Origin: Lytechinus pictus
Taxonomy: Eukaryota
Length of the DNA stretch: 64,000 bases
NCBI RefSeq assembly: GCF_037042905.1
Contig: NC_087250.1
Location: 22,198,001-22,262,000, forward strand
Direction of reading: 5' to 3'
Positions 51,501 through 60,500 of the stretch are shown here, one piece after another. The notes below the pieces were generated by a model. The model searched no databases. It was not told where the DNA came from and was given only the letters and a program-made list of their open reading frames with translations. The translations under genes and the position numbers were made by a program. Position 1 is the first letter of the stretch; each line of letters opens with the position of its first letter.

Positions 51501-54500
51501 AAAAATTATAAGTCCAAACTAAGATACCATAATGATATTCCAGTGGAATAAAAATGAAAATCGAGCATAGTCTTTTCTCCAAACCCCGTTATTCAAAAAT
51601 TATAACTAATAATACAACAACAACAGCAAAAACAGTAAGACCCCATAATCTTATTAATGCTGGATAACATGGACATATAGCATAGTCTTTCAGCCAGACC
51701 TAGTTATTTTTTTTTCTCAAAATAATGCTTATAGTAATAATTAAAAAAAAATGAAAATCTCAGACCAAACAACCCTTCAACCTAAGAACCCGTTTTAAAA
51801 AGAGGTTTAGAGTGTTGTTTTTATTTCAGACCTAATCATTACAAAAATTACGAAAAAAAATCTTCTAACGTAAGACCCTATCATATTCTTATTCTTGTGG
51901 AATAACACGAGTAATAAAACGTATTCTTTCCTTCAGACCCGGTTATTTAAAAAAATGAATTAAAAAAACTTCAAATATAAGACCAATCTTCAAAAGTTAC
52001 ACCCTTACTGGGTGTAACTGGGTGTAAAAATATGTATTTACCTCACATCCTTTCTCCAGACTTGGTTATTATTTGAGAAAAAAGAATAATTTTTACAAAT
52101 ATTCCAAAACGAATACCCGATAATCTTGAAGATCGATTGTAGACTTTCCTCCAGACACAGTTATTTCAAGAATAAAAAAGAAATAGAACCCAACCCCCAA
52201 TAACGAATCTAAGAACCAACAATCCTCCAAATTAAGACCATGTAGAAAAGCACATGACTTGTTTAGTGCGTTGTCTTTACTCCAGACCTAGTCATTTAAA
52301 AATAATTCAAACAATCTTAAAAACGTGAGACTTTGTCATATTCTTATTCATGTGGAATAACACGAGTATTATGCTTAGTCTTTCGTCTAGACGAGGTTAT
52401 TTAGATTATAAATAAATATTGAAAAAAATCAAAGCTGAGAACAATCTTCAAAATTAAACCCAGTTAAAATGCTTGGGTTTAGAGTGTTGTCTTTACCCCA
52501 CACCCAGTTCTCTTAAAAATACAAATTAAGTGAGACTTTAATCTTAAAACTTAAACCCCAGCATCTTCCAACTATAAAAACCCTGTGATAACGCATACCA
52601 CGAAAACGACACATTAATCATAGGCGTAAATGTTCATATCTGAATGATACGCACCTTAAAACCCAAGATAACTTTGTTAATATTGTTTGTTTGTTTTTAT
52701 TGTTTCTTATAATTTCCTATTTTGAAATAACTGGGTCTGGAGCAAAGACTACACCATATTTCCATGCTAATCAATGTTTATAAGATTGCAGGGTCTTTGT
52801 TTTGTTGTTGTTGTTGTGTTTTTAACGATTTTTATAACTAGGTCTGGAGGAAAGACTACGCTATATGTACATGTTTTCAAAGAAAACAAACGTTGATAAT
52901 ATAATATATATGATGGCGACAATAGTCAAATTTGACTGGTTGCCAAATAAAAATAAGAACCCCCCCCCCCCCGTTATTCGGCAAAAATAGGATCGTGGGT
53001 CTTTCGTTTTTATTATTATTATTATTCATCATTTTTTATTCGAAAGATATGGGTGTGGATGAAAGACGACGCTATATTTCCATGTTATTTTACATTAAAA
53101 AGAGAGTGGGGATCTTTGTTACTTTTTTACTCTTTAAGAAATGATTTGTAATTTTGAAATAAGTGGCTCTGGAGGGAAGACTACGCTATATTTCCATATT
53201 CAGCATCAATAAGTTTGTGGGGCCTTTGTTTTATTATAATTATATATTTTTTTTATGATTTGTTATTTTAAAATAAATGGGTCTTGAAGAAAGACTAAGC
53301 TATATTTTCAAGTTATTCAACATCAATGAGATGGGTTTTTTGCATAGAGATATATACTTATAACGCTAGAGGGCGTACTTCGTCAAATCGCTGTTATTAC
53401 GCGGAGACCGGTCGCTATTACTCGATAGGTCTTCGCAGCCTGCCATGTGCGTACTGTACCTATGGGCCATGTACTGTGATAGCACAGAAATGGAACACAA
53501 TGATGACATATGAGCGCGAAAGCAAATGGAAAAGTTAAAAATAGTATTGAATGTACAGAATTACAGTTAAATTAACAAAAAATCTAACGAAACTGAGAAC
53601 AAAAATGCCCATATAGGAATATTAATATAGCGCATAATATACAGGCCAATGATACATCCCAAATTGTTTTTGCTTTTGTTATAACATTTCGATACACTAA
53701 TATGACTGTTATTTTCTAACGATTTGGAAGGGATGAATGTTAAAAAAAACATGTAGGCCTGGGCATATTGTTCTAGGGAGTCCTGATTAACAAATTTAAC
53801 ATGGTGTTCAAGTTGACCTCAGAAATTTATATAGTCAAAAAAGTTAACTTGGCCTACAGGCCATATCACAGTGTCTAATGCATATGAGACACTGGTGGAT
53901 CTAAGGGGGAGGGGGCAGAGCCGGCTCGTCCCCCCCCCCCCAATTTTGAGAGGCACAGTTAAAATTTGTAATGTTAAATGCCGTTAAAACACTAGTGTAT
54001 CCCCCTTTGAATTATCCACCCGGCTCCCCCTTTTGGAAAATCCTGGATGCGCGCCTGATCTAAGACACAATGTATTGATAAAAAACACTATTGCATTTTT
54101 TCAAGTAGTTTCATAATAACCATGATGCTGATAATTATTTCTTCATTTTTTAGAATAATTGTTATAATTTCTTTTCCATATATACATGTATAGATCTACA
54201 CATAGAAATCATATGGGCATAAATCCTTTTCCCCATGGATTTAAATGTCGATATAACCGTCATCACAATAACTCGTGAGTCATAAAATGAATTTTTATTG
54301 ATACTATTTGAAAATGATTTACACATTGGTCTAGTTAATTGATGAATCTATAAGTTTATGGTTTATATTTCCAATGTTGGCAACCATCCGATCATATACT
54401 TTCTTACTTGCAAATCAATGTAGAAAAGTTTGTTGACAGCAAAATTTGCATATCGAATGCGCGCATGCAGCCATACAATTTTGCAATGTATACAGGAGGC

Positions 54501-57500
54501 CTCATATTGAGAGAATTATGTTTACAGTATTGCCTTGTAAACATGATAAACAAATTACGATGCGTGTTTAACACAACATAAAAGATTTTCACTTTGATTT
54601 ACTGGAAAATCTAGACTTGATTCACCCCGGCTGAAATACCATGCTGATCGGCAAACCGGCTGAGATATTGTGTTTGTGTTCCTATGATTGAACCAATATT
54701 ATGTGAACAATCAAGGATCGAAGAAGAGGACGAAGGAGGAGGAGAAGGAGAGGAGAATAAACAGAGCGGGAGGGGTACATCATATTTTTTTGTATTACAT
54801 ACGAAGTACATTATTACTACAACTGAGTGTATAAAACCAATTGATAACAATATCCTGAAAGAGATACATTAACACTTTATAAACTTATCATAAAAACTTT
54901 TGTAAAATTGTGAGTACGAAAAACAAACATATTAAACAATAGGCCTATTGTAAAACTGACAAATCCTTGGAATAAGATATTACAAATTGTCGGCTGTTGA
55001 GTGATCATCCTAATTTAACCTCAAATATAATGCCTGTCTTGAAATTGTGTTAATCAAAATGTGACTGTGTTGCTTGAATACTAACTTAATCATGTTAATG
55101 ACAAAAATTTCCCAACACTGGCACCGGCCTCTCGACTCTGTGTATAAACAGATCTATTAACACGCGTTTTGCAGATTCTTTTTTTTTTCTTTTTTTTTTG
55201 TCATTTTAAAAGTATATACTGAATTTGATTTTCTCATTTTTTTAATGATACGATTTCCATGGATGAACAAATGTCAGTTTATTACGGGGCCGCGCACGGA
55301 ATGATTTTGAAAGTGGTGGTCGGGGGGTGCATAAAATCACAATCAAATTTTATTATGTACTGTTCATTTTCACTTCAGGGAGGGGTCCGGTCACGCCCCC
55401 TGTACTTGAATACTTTTATTTTGATTGTGAATTTGCTTGGATGCGTATGTCACTTTAACACACACCCCCTGAAAATGAGCGAATAAAATAAACCGATTCT
55501 AACTCAAAGAGAAGGGTATTAAAAGCAAAAATTTTGGAACAATGAAAATTCATTCTAGATATTTTAAATCAATATCTCATTTTTGGTGCCGTATAGGCCT
55601 GCAGATTCTATCATATTCCTATGAGAAAAAAATTAACAAAACCACTGAAGACCCAATATAGTTTTACCATTGATGGTGTAACGGGAGGCTCACAAAGAAA
55701 AATTAATGAGATGTCCTGAAATACTACTTGCTAATAAAGCTAAAATAGCGTATATATAAGATAAAAACACTAACTTATACAAATTATTGTACCTTAAAAA
55801 ACTATTACTAGTATATATTTAATACAAATAAAGGCAAGTTACATAATAGTAGGCCATCATGCTCAATTTTATAGGCTTACTGTTTTCTTTTTTTACGAGA
55901 TAAGAATGTTCATCTGTAAAATTTTTATAGGGCATATCCGATTTATATTACTTTGTATTATGTTTGAATGGAAATGACATTCAAAAAAATGAATTGAAGT
56001 GAGGTGGAGTGAAATCAACTGAATTGAAATTACAAAATTATATCCGACATAAATTGGTCGATCATAATGAGAACCATGATGGAATCATGTAGATGAAGGA
56101 ATTGCCAAAGGACGATGTCAGTTAAAGCCAAATGTAGGGAAATCCATAGATGATGGGCTGATTAAGTGTTTTTTAATTAAATGTCAAAATTTACTATAAA
56201 TATTTTATTTTATGTATTTATTTATTTATTTATTCATGTGTTATCAATATGTTATGATAGGCCTATAAATGGACAGGTAATCGTAGATGCAATTATTTGA
56301 GAATTTCATCCCGAGAATTCAGGTAAAAATACAAATCAATAGCTGATCCCCATGTAATCACACTAATAGTGTATTGAGATGCAATTTGTCATTCATATTT
56401 TCAATTGTATATGAGGTTTGATTCTTTTCTTCAAGATAAAAGCCGGCGACAGCATCCTTTTTCACAGCGTTACACGTACGAGCTATGTGTACATCCGGGT
56501 ACTTTTGCAAATCTAGACCTATCGAGCAATGGCCGACCACGCTCCGCGCAATCACAGACGTTAAGTACGCGCGCCTATGGCGACTCCGCACTCTAGCGTA
56601 CTTAGTATACATCTCTATGTTTTTTTGTTAATATTGTTCTTCATTATTTTCTATTTTGAAATAACCGGGGCTGGAACAAAGACTACACCATATTTTGATG
56701 CTAACTGGGCGTTGTGGCGTGCGCCTGTAATCCAAGCTATGTGGGGAAGTTACAAATTGATGCAAAGGTTCGAGGTTCGAATCCTGGTCACGTCTTTCGG
56801 ATGGTGACGTTAAAGGTCGGTCCCAGACGTAAATAATAATATCTTCAATTCATTTATTTAATACTTTCATTAAAAACAAACATATATAAAGACATAATAA
56901 CATAGGCAATATATAATAGAAGTAATTATGACACTAATAGTAAGCAAAACGATACAAAGAAAAACAAGAAGGAAAAATTACTTTACTCGGATAGAAATGA
57001 AAGTATAAGGAGTGGCAGAAAGGCTGAGCCTTATATAAAACCCAAACTCCAAACATTATTATAAACCAAAGTATATATATATATATATATAACTGATTTA
57101 AACCAAATATAAAATCTAAAAGGTACGTGCATACATGCAATCATTAACACCTATTTACAAAAAAAAATTGACAGACACACACAAACACACCCACACATAC
57201 ACCACACACACATCTTATTGAGTAAAATCATTGCACCTTTGAATAGTTTTGAAGTAAATAAAATTTCATTTTCCTTTTGAAACTATTTAATGATGGGCTT
57301 AATTTTATATCTAATGGTATGCTATTCCAGATTTTGGGACCTCTGAATAAAATATTATTTTGAGAAACTGATGTTCTTACTAAGGGAATGTGACAATTTT
57401 CTGCATACCTGGTTCGATATCCATGAATATCTTTATTCAACTAAAAATATTGTAAAAGAGAACTTGTTAAGATTTTTTTGTAACATAAATACATAAAAAT

Positions 57501-60500
57501 TGCACTATGATAAATATATAAATCAGGCATTCTCAGAGTTTTCAGGCTTTGAAAGAGAGGCATGGTATGGGCAAGATATTGGCTATGTTATGTGTGACAA
57601 TTCTTATTATTTTCTTCTGCAGCAATATAAGTATATTTGTATTCTGCATACTGGAACATGCCCATATGATAATACAATAATATAAATGTGGTAAAATTAA
57701 AGTGTTATATAGAGTCATTAAGGTTTCTTTAGATAGAAATTTCAAACTATAAAATACACCAGCACGTTTAGATATTTTGTTGCAGATGACACCAGTGTGC
57801 TCCTTCCATGTAAGTTTATTGTCAATTAAGACACCTAGAAAAGTTGTTTGTGTGACCTGATCAATAAAGGAGTCTTTTAATTTAATTCTTATTTGAGTAG
57901 TATCAATTTGATTCTTTGTAAATACCATGAAATGTGTTTTCTTTATATTAAGTGAAAGTTTATTATCTTCTAACCATTTGACAAATTTATTGAATTCAGA
58001 ATGAAATGTATTTTGAAGAACTGTAATGTCTTGGTGAGACATGAACACACTAGTGTCATCTGCAAATAATATAAATTCTAATGTTTTGGAAATGTTACAG
58101 ATATCATTTAGATATAAAAGAAAAAATAATGGCCCTAAAATTGAACCTTGGGGCACTCCACATCTTACAATCTCTTTCTGAGATTCATATTCATCTATTA
58201 CTACGTATTGCTTTCGATTATCTGAATAACTTTTAAACCAATCCATTACAACACCTCGAAAACCATATTTTTCCATTTTTTTCAACAAAAGTATGTGATC
58301 AAGAGAATCAAATGCCTTACTAAGGTCTAAAAATAATCCAATCATGATTTCTTTATTATCAAAGGCATTTGATACTTTATGAATAAATTCAGAAATGGCA
58401 GAAGATGTGGAGTGCCCTGCTCGAAAACCAAATTGTTTGGGAGTAATAATATTGCACATGTCCAGAAAATTATATACACGCGAGTACACACATTTTTCTA
58501 AAAAATTTAAAAAAAAAGGGAGGACAGAATATAGGCCTATAGTTTGATACTTCATCTTTTGATCCATTTTTAAAAATTGGAATGACTTTCGCAATTTTAA
58601 GTTTATCTGGAACCGTGCCAGTACTCAAAGACAAATTAATTATATCACATAGTGGATAACATAATATATGAATAACAGTCTTCACCAATGTACTGCAAAC
58701 ACCATCAAAACCAGGGCTCTTGCCACTTTTAAACTTTGAAACAATATCAATAACTTCTTTAGATGTACATGGAGTAAAATACAAACTTGAATTATTTTTC
58801 ATTACATTTACATATTGCATAAAATCACCATTGTGTTTAAACGAGGAAGTCAATGTTTGGCCTATATTTACAAAAAATGAATTAAAAGTATTGCATATTG
58901 CACCTTTCCCTTTAACTGTGACATCATTGCAAACAACAGAGTGTGGTAGTACCTTATTTTTTACACCCCTACCCAGCACTGTGTTGATAATTTTCCATGT
59001 GTTTTTCATGTCACCAGCAGCATTTTCAAATTTGTTCTTAAAATATTCTTTCTTTGCCTTCCTAATTTCATTTGATATTTTATTTTTTAAATGCTTGTAT
59101 TTTCCATAGTTCTCTGAAGTATTAAATTTTAAATTATTTATTACAGAGTTTGCGTAATGACTTGTTAAACCAAGGCTTGTTTTTTAATTTTCTTTTTACT
59201 ATATGTCCAACAGGAAAGCATGAGTTGTATATATCTAAGAACTTCTGCAAAACAATTATTATAAGCTACATTTGGATCTTGACTTTTAACATGCCAGGAG
59301 ACACTGCTAATTTTCTGCACAAAAAGTTGTGTATTTTCTAAATTAGCAATACGTTTATTGGAACTATTCTAATTTTTAAGAAGCAATTCTAAATTTGATA
59401 TGGAAAACACTGGAAAATGATCACTGATATCACAAAGGATAACACCAGAAAATATTTCTTGCAAGTCATTTGTAAAAATGTTGTCTAATAAGGATGCTGA
59501 ATGAGTGGTTACCCGAGTTGGAGTATAAATCAATGGATATATATTATGAGACATGCATACATCAAGAAATTCGTTTACTCGTTGGCAAGATGTGACTTCT
59601 ATTAAATTTAGATTGAAATCTCCAATTAAATATAATAATTAATTCTCTCTATTTACAACATCTAAAATCTTCTCAAAAGATTTCATAAAGCATTGCACTG
59701 ATTGATTTGGTGGACGGTATATTACTCCAACTACAATGTTTCTCTTAAAATTTATAATCTCTACAAAAATAGATTCAAAGTATTCATTATTTATATCTAA
59801 ATCATTTCTACATTTAAAATCTAAATCATTTCTAATGTAAAATGCAACTCCACCACCTCTTTTTTCATCTCGTCCATTTGCTAAAAAAATAATAGTTCTC
59901 AATATTATAAAAAGAATTTACCTCTTTGAGCCAGGTTTCTGTTATACCTAACAATGAGAATTGCACATCCAAAGTAGCTATGAAAGAAACAAAACTATCA
60001 AAATTCTTTCTAATGCTCCTGCAATTACAATGTAAGACAGAAAAAATGTAGTTACTATTTTTATTCAACTTTTTACTGTATTCGTTGAATTCATCAGAGG
60101 TAAAAAAAAAGACTGATCGGGCCCAAAATTACACATATGTTCATTTTCATTAATTTCAGGTGATAGAAATTCATGAATAGTTTGCAAATCCAAAGAATTT
60201 AAAGATTGCAAATAACGTTGTCTGATAGACATTGTTCATAGCACACACACAAACACGCATATAGTCACAGACACACCTATAACAAACAAGCTATAAAAAA
60301 ATAAATGTTGATATGGTATTGAAGTAGTGTTTTAATAAAAGCCACTAGGAGCCTAAAAGAAATAAACAAATAACAAATGGCTGCATAAAGTTCATCAAGT
60401 CCTGGATCGGTTCAGACTTTATTTAGGAGAACAAAAGTACAAGTTCATAGCCGACTTAAGTCCTCTTTGTGCCTGACAAGGTGCTTCATTGTTGATCCAT

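Noticed and set aside
50550..51600. Regularly spaced ~44-bp ccagacccggtt repeats (also 61840-62585 and the 175-bp units at 35770-37100) as a CRISPR array
   Set aside because: The 'spacers' are homologous to each other, the arrays are inverted arms of TIR elements, the context is eukaryotic and there are no cas genes.
56704..56745. Human Alu contamination or a true 7SL gene
   Set aside because: Similarity stops after ~40 nt, with no S domain or rest of an Alu. The segment is continuous with a non-Alu SINE body, has a TSD in a host repeat and is interrupted by a native LINE.
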